Below are positions 23,701 to 34,381 of a stretch of DNA of 34,381 nucleotides, one piece after another. A program made the translations under genes and the position numbers. The notes beneath the pieces were generated by a model that saw only the letters and a list, made by a program, of their open reading frames with translations, ran no database searches and was not told the origin of the DNA. Positions within the stretch are counted from its first letter, which is position 1, and every line of letters begins with the position of its first letter. Origin of the DNA: Fonticula alba ATCC 38817 (Eukaryota > Protista > Nucleariida); the NCBI GenBank assembly GCA_000388065.2, contig KB932201.1; one strand, written 5' to 3'.

Positions 23701-24999
23701 GATAAGTCCCGGGGTGGCGGGACATGAATCGCTGGCACGCCTCGCATGCCCGGGAGGGGTGGTCGCCCGACAAAGCGGTCAGCAGCAATTCCAGGGAAAC
23801 CGAGTTTTCAATGGCATCTTTTTTTTTTTTTCATGGCCCACCGATGCACCATACACGAAGAAGGCGGTCAGTCAGGGCAAGGCGGGGGGATGGACAGAAC
23901 CATCGAAGAACACCATGTGCAGAGCGAGGCGGGCGAGGAGGGGATGGAGTAAAGAGCAACACAGTGGGAGGAAGGTACCGCTGATTTGGAGGCTCTCCAG
24001 CTTCGGCGCCAGGGAGAACACCCGACTGGCCATTGGTGAAATGCTCACCGGCGAAGAGGAATCCGGCTGGGCGGCCGACGCAACAGCTGGCGCATTCGGG
24101 GTGGTCATGGCCGTGGCGGTGTGCCTGTCGGCGTCGCGTCCCAGATCCTCGCTTTTGACGCTGCTGCTATCCCCATCGTTGTGGCTGTCGTCGTCGTCGT
24201 CATCATCATCATCATCATCATCAAACTCGTCCGAGTAATCGTCAAAGTCATCGTCATCAAAGTCGTCACTCATGCTGGAGCCAAATTGATCGGCCGAGAC
24301 ACCGAGCAGAGACCGGTAACGATCGAGCAGGGGGTCGTCGGTGTCCGCGAGCCGGGCCCAGGAATCCAGGGACTTAGGCCGGAGAAGCAGGGCCAGGTAG
24401 GCGGCCTCGCTGGCTGGGATGGTGTTCTCTGGATGGGATGCAGGGGGGGGGGNNNNNNNNNNNNGGGGGCAACAGAGTGGGCAACACGCACGCGATAGAT
24501 CCAGATGGCGCAGGGAGTCGAAACCAAGACTTGGCGCAGGGGGGGTCACCACGGCGGCTTTACGCGCAAGCGCAGCCGCAATATAACCCAGAAGCCTTTG
24601 GAGAACAAGATTGTCGATACCGTTGGCTGGGGAACGGGGGAGGAGGGAAGAGGGACAGGGAGAGAGGGGGGGGGGCGGCGGAAGCATGAGCAAATGTTTG
24701 GAATCCGCATGGAGCAGGGAAACAAAAAAAAACAAGTAAGGAGAGGGGGACAGGAGGAAAAGGAAGGAGAAATGGAAAGCAGCGTAGGTACCCGGCAGCA
24801 AGAGGGCCTCAACCGGGGCCAGAAGGAGGTAGTCAAGAAGCAGCGAGTGCTCGAAGTCCAACACGGCTCGGGACATTTGCGTGGCCGTGGCCGAGTTCTT
24901 CCAGTCGAGGCCAGTGCACCCCTCGCCATCAGACCGGTCCTCATCCATCAGGTGGTCATCCTCGGAGCTGAATCCATGATCCGAGATGAATGCATCCAT
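19380..24999 (-). CDS. RNI-like leucine-rich-repeat protein (~1545 aa), 7 exons
   Basis: Exons 24999-24792, 24626-24492, 24428-23979, 23817-23269, 23118-22861, 22725-19927, 19618-19380 total 4638 nt and stay in frame. About 15 LRR-like motifs, e.g. LRHLDLSQNTI, LATLHLGENAISDACL, LRHLSLAHNPLGADGALAIASAL, LTDLSLAGVGLDDRGACAIADFL, LQRVDLSHNAITSTGAIELFRAL, LRDLDLSGNRIDDRAVFFL. The start could extend upstream. Confidence 0.85.
19700..19889. repeat. Compound (GA)n microsatellite with a CA interruption about every 18 bp, in the last LRR-gene intron
   Basis: Units of CA(GA)8 and close variants. It lies between donor 19926 and acceptor 19619 and explains the false SLSVSLSL tail of ORF 19580..23056. 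Confidence 0.9.
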
Positions 25000-25806
25000 G
25001 GAATCTGCGATAAAGCACAGTGTGGGGGCGTTAGCGCCGGCGGCAGACCTACGAAGGGCGCCCTTTGGTGGGGAGGGGGGGGGGGGGCGGGGGAGGACAT
25101 CGCATGGACAGATGGAGCAAAGAACGATTGACCTACCGCGGATGCAGACATGAAGCGGGAGAGTAACCTCCAACGGCGGTGCATGCGAGTGTGTTGGCGT
25201 TGGCCGTGCCCGAGTCAGTCGGGAGATGACATCGATAACGGGCCGCAGGGAGCGTGTGCCTTTCGATATGTGCACGTTTGAATGTACGTGCGTATGTGTG
25301 CATGTGTCCACGGGACAGAGAGAGAGAGAGAGGGAGGGAGGGAGGGGGGAGGGGGGGCGGGGAGGAAGGGCATGCTGGAGTCAGTGGCGCAAACACAAAA
25401 AAGAGGGCGCCGGAGGACCTGCGTGCGTACGGGCAGTTTGGACTTGGATGACTTCGGTTGCCGGAGGTGGTGCGGCCTCGGCGCCGGTGATCGACGGAGG
25501 GGCCGGCGTCCGGTCAGGGGCGATGCCAGTGCCAAAGTTAACTGTTCATCCATTCGGAAGCAAGAAAAGGGGGATGGCCAGAGAAGCGGTGCCGTAAAAA
25601 AAGACCGGTGAGATAAGCAGCTGGGGAGGAGGATGGGAAAGAGGGGGAAAGGATGGGAGACGCACAGTTGGAAGGCCAGCTCGGACCCCCGGAAAAGGGG
25701 AGGAGATCCTCGTCCGGCATATCAAGGTGCGAGGATCAGTCGCCTGGGGCCAAAGACGTGGCGGGCCGGAGAGGCAAGCGAGCGCGNNNNNNNNNNNNNN
25801 NNNNNN

Positions 25807-25885
<79 letters not shown>
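25807..25885. repeat. Poly-G tract next to a gap
   Basis: About 79 consecutive G following N 25787-25806. Confidence 0.85.
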
Positions 25886-25887
<2 letters not shown>

Positions 25888-26907
25888 GCGGGAGATCCCC
25901 GTGGCCTGAATGGAAAGGGAGGACCAGTCACCGAGCCGGAAGCGCGCACACGCGCGAGCAAGGAGGTAACTGTGAGGCGGAGCAGAGGAACGGAGGGGCG
26001 GAGAGACGGGCGAGGAAGACAAGCGAGACGACAGAGAAGAAGCGGGCCAGGAGGGTGGCGGGGGGGGAGGCGAGGGCAGGCTAGGGGCCGGAGCAATCTC
26101 TGACTTCGGGCGCGATCTGCCCCCGCGCGGCCCCAGAAAAAAAGAGCCCAGCACTCACCTGCCATCTGGGCCACCGCCCCCTTCCATGGCCCCCGCGCCC
26201 CCTGGTGGTGGCAAGAGACATTTATCGGATCTCGAGGGGGGGGGGGGAGGGGCAGAAGAGGAGAGGTTCTGGCACGGGCGCCGGCAGCTGCCCCGGCCCC
26301 CGCCGCCGGGGATCCGCTCCTTGGGGCCCGGGTCCCCACGGCGTCATTAATCGAGGATGGTCCACGCGTTGAAGCCGCGCGAGGAAGTGCCGCCGCAAGT
26401 ACCAATGGATATGCCGATCCTGGCCCAACCTCCCTCCAAGTCGAGCCTTGTTCGGGGGAAGCGCTTCGGTGGCGAGAGCGAGGTGGAGGGGGGGGGGGGA
26501 GGGCCAACCTCGGCGCGGAGATCCGCAGGCAACCCGGCAGAAGCTCACCGACGACAGAACCGGCTGGAGAACAGACACAGGGGAGGGGGGGGGGGGGAGG
26601 GAACGGGACACTATTTTCGGGTATATTACCTCCTCAAGGGGGGGGGAGGGCCGTGCACCAGAGGGCGGGAGGCTGGGGAGAAACAAGGACAGACAAGCTC
26701 AGACGCGGATGGCGTGCGCGCAAGAGGAGGGAGGGATCGCTCTGAGGCACGGGAAGTGCACGCTGGCCTCCTTTTGAAAGGAGGGTGACAGAGATGAGGG
26801 AAGGGAGGGGGGAAGGTAGATATGTATGCGCGCATGCGAGCGAACGAACGAGTGCGCGCGCGGCGGCGGCGGCGGCGGCGGACGGCGGACGGCGGACGGC
26901 ACAGGTG

Positions 26908-29173
26908 TCACCCGGACATGTCGGCCATCTCGGAGTCGGAGCTGGAATCGGTGACGCCGAAGGAGGCAGCGCCACCAGCGGCCGGGGCGGCCTCCGCCTC
27001 GAGGGGCGAGCCGGCAGCCGACTCCGAGGCGTCGACATCCATGGTGGCAGCCTCCGGGGCCGCCATCGAGGGGGAGTTCCCCTCGGCCTCGTCATTGAGC
27101 AGGGCGCGCACGCCCTTCAGCCGGTGCGACCGGGGCGGGGTGCTCGGCACCGAGGCGGGACCACCACCGCCGACCATGACGGCGGTGTCCGGCGACTGGC
27201 CGGCCGAGGAGGGGGAGGTCGACACCGACACCGACACCGACACCGGGGTCATCAGCGGACCATTGCCGGTGGATGCGACAGCCGAACCGGCCGGCCCGGC
27301 GCCCTTCTGCTGCGAGGAGGCGACCGCGGCCGCGGCCGCCGCCGAGTTCAGCAGACTCTGCAGCACGGCCGCCGTGGATGCATCAATGTCGGTGGTGCCA
27401 GTGGGCGAGGCCAGACCCAGGGCGGCCTCCACCGCGGGACCGAGGTCCTCGTCGGTCGGCGATCCGCCGGCGGCCTCGCCGCCGCCGCCGGTCGCCGAGC
27501 CGGAGCATGCGGAATGCGCCTGCGACTGGTGCCCGCCATGCCCATGGTGGGCAGACCCGCTCGAGTCGCAAGTGGGCCCGGCATCGGCGGACCCAGCGCC
27601 GGTCGTCAGCAAGACCGGCCCCGGGTGCCCGCCCGGCACCCAGCGGTTGATGTTGGTCAGGAAGCCCGACGCCCGGGTGATGTTCTGCTCGAACACCTGG
27701 GCGATGGATGCCAGCGCACGGGAAATCTCCTGGGCAATGTGCGCCACGATGGTGCCCACGCGGATGACATACTCCTGCGTCTGGGCCGGACCCTCGAGCG
27801 AGAAAGCCGAAGAGAGGGCGGCCTTGATGCGGGGGAAGCGGGGGAGGGCGGGAGGTTAGGGCGCTGGATGGGAGGGGCGGCGGGCGTGGGGGAGGCGAGG
27901 TGACAGGAGGGGAAGCGGGAGCGGGAGCGGGAGCGGGAACGGGAGCGGGAACGGGAACGGGAGCGGGAGCGGGAGCGGGAGCGGGGCGAAGAGGAGAGCC
28001 GAGCCGAGGGGCGTACCCATTTTCCGGGAATCGACATGATCATCTGGCGGACAGCGTTTTGCGAAACAATCGGCAGGGCGCTGGCGGACTTGGACACGAG
28101 CTCGACCACCGTGCGGAGGGTTCTACACACCGAGCGGAAGGGCGGGAGAAAGCGGGGGAGGGGGCATATTTTTTTTGAGATGCAAACGGCGTGTCAATAA
28201 GGCAAAGCAAAGACCACACACGCCACCGCGAGGGGGGAGGAGAAAAGGGCGGCAGGAAGATGCACGCACCCGGCAATGTCCGAGCGGATGGACTGGATCC
28301 GAGCAAAGAGAGTCGAGTAGATGGTGGAGATCTGGACTTGAAGATATTGCCGGGCCTGAAGGAGTTGCTGCTGGCGCTCCTCCGGTGACAGGAGCTGGCG
28401 CTCGTGGAACTGGAGGCTGGCGTGGAACTGCGACGCGTAATTGGTGACAATCGTGCGCGCCACTTCCAGCTGCTCCAGCAGCCAAGTGGAGTTCTGGTGG
28501 ACGTGGTTCTGGGCGATTTGCATGTAATTGAGAGCCTCCCGGAAGATGGCAATCACATCGAAGCCCTTCTGGCGCATGCGCTCCCAGTGTTGGAAGGCCG
28601 CATTGTGCAGGGACATGGCCTCGGTTTCGCCGGCCGAGGTGTCGGCATTTTGCTGCGACTGGGCGCCCGACCCGCCGGGCGCATCGGTCGATTGAGTGGG
28701 CGTCCGGGTGCCGGAGCTGTTGGCGGCCGGGAAGTCCGCGCCCTCGATGGATGCGGCGGCGGCCGCCTCGACCAGCGACTGGAGGGGTTTGTAGAGGGAT
28801 TCGCCAATCTGCCATGGAAGCAAGATGGCCGAGGAGGAGGGGGAGGGCGGGGGAAGGGGGGGGGGGGGGACACCGGCGCCAAGGCCGAGTTAGCATGTTG
28901 AGATGGCAGCAAACCGGGGGAGATGGGCAAGCAGACGGCGCCCACCGAGGGGGAGGGGGGGCGGGGGCGGGGGCGGGGGAGAGGACGGTGTACCTTCATC
29001 AGGGACGAGGAAGACTTGCCGGTCTCATACAGGGTGGAGAGGGTGTTGACGGCCTTGGACACGAAGCTGGCCGAGGGATCGACCGCAGTGGCGCCGGCCG
29101 AAGCCGCGTCAGCTGTGGGGGTCGACGACGACCCGGTGCCCTGGTTAAGTGGCGTATGGGAATCGGCGTCCAT
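26908..29173 (-). CDS. Opi1-like protein (~579 aa), 4 exons
   Basis: Exons 29173-28994, 28808-28270, 28122-28017, 27822-26908 total 1740 nt and stay in frame. The spliced sequence IRSDIAGTLRTVVELVSKSASALPIVSQNAVRQMIMSIPGKW resembles the recalled yeast Opi1 segment IKMEIVGTVKKVYSLISKF..SLPEPARSQVRESLLNLPTNW. FREALNYMQIAQNHV and IAQEISRALASIAQVFEQNITRASGF match the other recalled Opi1 blocks in order. Confidence 0.7.
27914..27984. repeat. (GGGAGC/GGGAAC)n hexamer repeat in the last intron of the Opi1-like gene
   Basis: About 12 tandem units between donor 28016 and acceptor 27823. Confidence 0.9.
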
Positions 29174-30216
29174 CACAAAGAGGTGGGAGGGAGGAGTGAC
29201 AGGAGGGGCGCGGCGGGAGGAGCGAGGCTCTTGGCAGGGGAGGAGGGGGAGGGAGGAGGGAGGGAAAGGCGGGAAGACAAGGAGGGCGACGGTGACAAAC
29301 GGCGGACTGCCCCCGGCCGCCCGGTCCGGGTCCGAAGATAGGATGCTGAAAAAGGCCCCTTCACAGGCCGCGGGCCGGGGAGAGGGCATGCCGGGGCCCA
29401 GCCCGAGAGGGGGGGATGTGCCAAGAAACGATGGAAGCCGGTCGACAGGGGGGGGGGGGCGGCGGGCGGAACAATAATCCTTTCTCTCACGCGCGCCTCT
29501 ACGCGGGCGTGGACGTTCAAGCGCAGCCCATGCCAGCCGGGGGGTGGGGGTACGTGGAGAGGACTTGCCCCCGGCCCCGGCCCCGGCCCCGGCCTGAGTG
29601 GCAACCGAGTGTCGCTTCCCCAGTCCCGGCCCCGCCCCCCTCGTTCCCCTCCCCGGGGGGGGGGGGGGGGGGCGATCGGTGCCGCGGGCCCCACAGTATC
29701 ACCCCCAAAGCTCGAGGGGGGGGGGGGGGAGGGACACACGCCCCATATGAAAGGGCGAGCGTACCTCGGCCGGTTTGGGACGGAAAGGGCGCCCACGCCG
29801 GCGCACTGCCGGGCGCAGCTCGCCCGCCCTCTGGGGCCTTCTTTTGGGACTCCGATTGAACGTGGGGGTTCCCCACGACCGAGCGCCGGCCCCCCCTTCT
29901 CTCCTGGGAACGGGGGGGGGGGGGGGGCATGGGAGACGCGCAGGTCACAGCAGGCAATGGTTGCCGGGCTCGTGGCCAGCCGCGAGGGGGGTGTGCCTCA
30001 AGCGCCGGTTGGCAGTGTTGAGTGAAAAGCGGTTGGCGTGTTCGCGGTGTCGGGTCGGGGGCGGGGGGGACAACACGCGGGGCCTCCCGGCGCCGGACGT
30101 GAGCCAAAAGGCATGCTCACCTGCGAGGACATGTGCGTAGGGGGGTGTGAAACTGCGCCAGGGGTGGGGGCGTGTCCCGGCCTCCACCGCCCTCGCCCGG
30201 CATTGTCGGGCAGGTG

Positions 30217-31151
30217 NNNNNNNNNNNNNNNNNNNNNNNNNNNNNNNNNNNNNNNNNNNNNNNNNNNNNNNNNNNNNNNNNNNNNNNNNNNNNNNNNNNN
30301 NNNNNNNNNNNNNNNNNNNNNNNNNNNNNNNNNNNNNNNNNNNNNNNNNNNNNNNNNNNNNNNNNNNNNNNNNNNNNNNNNNNNNNNNNNNNNNNNNNNN
30401 NNNNNNNNNNNNNNNNNNNNNNNNNNNNNNNNNNNNNNNNNNNNNNNNNNNNNNNNNNNNNNNNNNNNNNNNNNNNNNNNNNNNNNNNNNNNNNNNNNNN
30501 NNNNNNNNNNNNNNNNNNNNNNNNNNNNNNNNNNNNNNNNNNNNNNNNNNNNNNNNNNNNNNNNNNNNNNNNNNNNNNNNNNNNNNNNNNNNNNNNNNNN
30601 NNNNNNNNNNNNNNNNNNNNNNNNNNNNNNNNNNNNNNNNNNNNNNNNNNNNNNNNNNNNNNNNNNNNNNNNNNNNNNNNNNNNNNNNNNNNNNNNNNNN
30701 NNNNNNNNNNNNNNNNNNNNNNNNNNNNNNNNNNNNNNNNNNNNNNNNNNNNNNNNNNNNNNNNNNNNNNNNNNNNNNNNNNNNNNNNNNNNNNNNNNNN
30801 NNNNNNNNNNNNNNNNNNNNNNNNNNNNNNNNNNNNNNNNNNNNNNNNNNNNNNNNNNNNNNNNNNNNNNNNNNNNNNNNNNNNNNNNNNNNNNNNNNNN
30901 NNNNNNNNNNNNNNNNNNNNNNNNNNNNNNNNNNNNNNNNNNNNNNNNNNNNNNNNNNNNNNNNNNNNNNNNNNNNNNNNNNNNNNNNNNNNNNNNNNNN
31001 NNNNNNNNNNNNNNNNNNNNNNNNNNNNNNNNNNNNNNNNNNNNNNNNNNNNNNNNNNNNNNNNNNNNNNNNNNNNNNNNNNNNNNNNNNNNNNNNNNNN
31101 NNNNNNNNNNNNNNNNNNNNNNNNNNNNNNNNNNNNNNNNNNNNNNNNNNN
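30217..31151. other. Largest assembly gap (other gaps: 11636-11835, 24453-24464, 25787-25806, 33254-33263)
   Basis: 935 N. Confidence 1.
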
Positions 31152-34100
31152 CCCCCCCCCCCCCCCCCCCCCCCCCCGAATGTAGCTCACAGAAAGAAGC
31201 CGAGAGAGGGGGGAGGGGGGGGGGAGAGTCAGCGACCGAAGGACCAAGGGGCAGATGGCCTGGCCTTGTATCCGAGCTTTGGCTTGGGGCGAGCCCAGAC
31301 CCCTTCGGGCCGGGGCAGGGCGAGGGCGCCGACCGGCAGGCAGGGTAAGCGAGGCAGGCCCGGGCCAGGCAATCGACCCAAGGATGGGCGCCCTGCCATG
31401 TGCACTTGGCCGCATGAAAACCCCCATGAGTGCCCCGATGTGCCTTGCCTCCCCCGCCAGGGTCTTTTCCGGCGGTGGCCGCCGCCCGGCGGGCAGCGGG
31501 CTTGTTTGGCCACGGAAGCCGGGAAAACATGCTACGCTGGCCGCTGTACAACGCGCTCCGGACGGGGGAAGGGGGGGGGGGACCCGCACAGCCGGGCGTC
31601 CCGCGTCCGGACTGTCCGCCCGCCTCGACAGGCATCGTCGGCGACGCGGCACGAGGCACGGGCAAATGGTCAGCCGCCCTTGCCGGGAGTCATCCCATAC
31701 CGTTCACCACCTGCGGAGCGGGAGGGGACGAGGCCCACCAAGCCGAAGGGGGAAGCCGGTCCAGGCAGCTTCGAGGGGGGCGCGAGCCTCGGACGCCTTT
31801 GAGCGCCGGCGCGACTGAGAACGCCGCCGGCAAGGGGAGTGTGCCTACGGGCCCCAGCCCGCTGGACGAGGAGACGTGTGAATGGCGAGCAACCCGCCGA
31901 AGGACGGGACAGGGCCTCTGTTCGATCTTTGCGCACGCCCCCCCCCCCCGTATACCCCTCCTCACAGAGGCAGACAGCCCAGCCCCGGGGCGTATATATG
32001 TGTTTGTGTGTGCGTGTACGACGCGCCTGCCCGGCCGGCCGATGCGCGCACGCGCTAACATACCGACCTCCTTGGGAGCGCCGCCGTGAGCCCGCCTACC
32101 CGTGCCTGGATCTGCGTGAATATCTGCCCCCCCCCCCCCAGCGCACACCCCCGATCCAAGGTATACCCCCCGTTGCCGTTTGAGGGACCCGCGCCGCGCC
32201 CAGGCTTGAAGTCCGGGACCGGCCGGACTCTGGCTAAGAAGGAGGCGAGGGGGGGGGGGGGGACCTTTAACCCCCGCCCTCAACCAGCCCGTTCCCCCAC
32301 GCGCGCACCCTGGAACCAGCCAGGGGACCCGAATAAGCGGACATGCCAACTGGATCGCCCAGTCACCGTCTGCCAGGCCATTTTCCATGAGATCCGCTCA
32401 TTTCACGCACTGACTCGCCCATGCACAGACTGGCGGCCGGGCGGCCGGGTGGGCGGACGGGGGGGGGGGGGGGGATACACGGCCGCGAACAAAAGCCCGT
32501 GGAACGCCAAGAGGGGCAGCGAACGCTGGGGGGGCGTTTCCCTGCGCCCGTCCCGGATAATATATTCGGCCCGTTCCGGCGTCCCGGACGCGAGGACCGC
32601 GGGCCAGGACACAATGGCCTCTTAACCAGCCGGCGGAATCTGCCATGAGAGATTGGGGCAGCAGTCGATCGGCAGCCCATGGCCGGGCTTTGCGGTGCCC
32701 GGTGTGTGATTTGCATTGGAGTCATGTGATGTGAGACAACACGCCCAATCGGCATCCGTTGATGTTGTTGTTTTTTTTTTCTTTTTCTTTTTCGCCTTTC
32801 TTTTGTTTTCCCGTTCCCCCCCCCCCGTAGCCCGCATGCACAGCCCCGGTGTAACACCGCTTCAACACCGGTGGAAAGCTGGTGTCTCGTTCCCGGGCTG
32901 GGGCCGCGTACAACGCACGATAATGCCACTCTTGCAGCATGAAAAACCCCAGCCGGTCCCCATCGGAATGGCGGCTCGTGCCTTCTGCATGCTGGAGCAG
33001 GAAGGAAGGGTGCCGACAGGGCAAGAGGGGGGAGGAGAAGGGAGAGGGAGAGGAAAGGTGAAGCGATTGTCTATATTTAAAGAGAAGTATGGCAGTGGGA
33101 GTAGGACTCGCTGGGAAGGGGAGGGGAGGGGGGGGGGGAAGGGGCGAGACACACCGATGCGCACCCTTGAGTGAAGGCCGCTAAAAAAGGGACACACCCA
33201 TGCCATGGGATGCCTGTGCATGCACATGCGCGTGTGAGGGAGGGGGGGGGGAGNNNNNNNNNNGGGGGGGGGGGCGGGACCTCCAAACCGCCGACCGAGC
33301 ACACCCACGAAGGCACCCTCGAGCCACGGTGCAAGGGGCGTCACGCCGCACGCACTCGCCCATTCGACGCACCCGGAGGCGTCCGAGTGAAACGCCCGGG
33401 CCGGCGAAGGGAGCCCCAATTTTTCCGCCCGCCGCTCTGGCACCCAGGACAGTCGCCGCTCAACGCCCCTCCCCCCCCCCCGGAGCACGCCACACGAACT
33501 GCCTGGCACGCCCGCCTAGACGCGCCGGAGGGCACATGCGCCGGACAGGACACGACGGCCGGAGGGACAGGACATTGGTACGCCTTCCCGGACAAGACCC
33601 GACTACACGACACGAAAGACCGATCACACCGGGCGTTGGAGGTCCTCAGAAGCGGACGAACTCCTCTCCCCCCGCCTCCATCTCCCGGTCTGCCCGCCGC
33701 CCTGGAGGTGCGGCCCAGGAGGGAGAGTCACCGCCCCAGAGAGGTCCAAAACGCCCGGGCGCCTGACCTGCTGCGAGCGCAGGCGTGAGCGGCCTCTCCC
33801 CCCCCCCCCCCCCCCCCGAAGGGCGAGGCAACTCCTGGCGGCCGAACGGAGAATGCGGAGGGCCCCTTTTTTTTGGGGGGGGGCGGGGGGGGGGGCCGCC
33901 CAAGGCAGGCCCCCAGGCCTCGGGGCCGGGGCTGAGTGCCTGCCGGTCCAACCTGGGCGCGTGTCCTCAAGAGAGCGCGCATGCGCGCTCCCGGCGGCGC
34001 CCCCTTCCATACTTTGCCGTTGGGTCGGTCCTGCGTGAAAATGATGAGATTCCCAGAGACCCCTTTTCTTGTCGGGCAAAAGCGTGGCTGACATCCGCAC

Positions 34101-34381
34101 CGGGGCCGGCGGCCGGAGCGTGAAAGTCCCCGCCCCCCCCCCCCCCCTGCACCCGGGCCCCGGGAGCAGCCCAGCCGCCCCATGCGCTCTTGCGTCCCGG
34201 GCGGCGGGGTGCGCCCGGCGCGTGGGTACTCGAGAGGGAGGGAGGCCGAGCCGCTGCCGATCGGGGGTAGGAAAGGGAGGGGCGGTTGCACGCGCGCGCG
34301 CCGCACCACCGCGGGGCTATTTGCCGGGCAGTCCCTCCGGAAGGCGAGACTGGAGGCATGAAAGTCCAATCCCAATCTGCG

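Noticed and set aside
3101-29173. Four co-oriented - strand genes as a functional cluster (STAT, DBP4, LRR, Opi1-like)
   Set aside because: Functions are unrelated and spacers are kilobases long; a run of four same-strand genes is unremarkable by chance.
29998-31802. 400-550-aa ORFs in the supplied track
   Set aside because: Mostly translated N gap.

Overview
Eukaryotic draft-assembly window: GC-rich, spliceosomal GT-AG introns, many microsatellites and homopolymers, 7 N-gaps. I can support five protein-coding genes, with exons traced by hand from splice signals and reading phase. (1) + strand orphan hypothetical protein (~174-2063). (2) - strand STAT transcription factor with STAT5/6-like DNA-binding, linker and SH2 domains and the conserved phospho-Tyr motif (3101 to ~9530). 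(3) - strand 10-exon DEAD-box helicase DBP4/DDX10 (14107-18452). (4) - strand 7-exon, ~1545-aa RNI-like LRR protein (19380-24999). (5) - strand 4-exon Opi1-like protein (26908-29173). An animal-like STAT next to a fungal-type Opi1, with this intron style, suggests a non-fungal holomycotan (Fonticula/nucleariid-like); this is inference, not verified. Most striking observations: all six LRR-gene introns fall in the same codon and phase of the LRR motif, and the contig carrying the STAT core starts and ends with the same 17-mer, which joins the tail in frame to the N-terminus (misassembly, collapsed duplication or tandem STAT). I recognised no tRNA, rRNA, CRISPR array or transposon. Family assignments rest on recalled motifs; no database searches were run.
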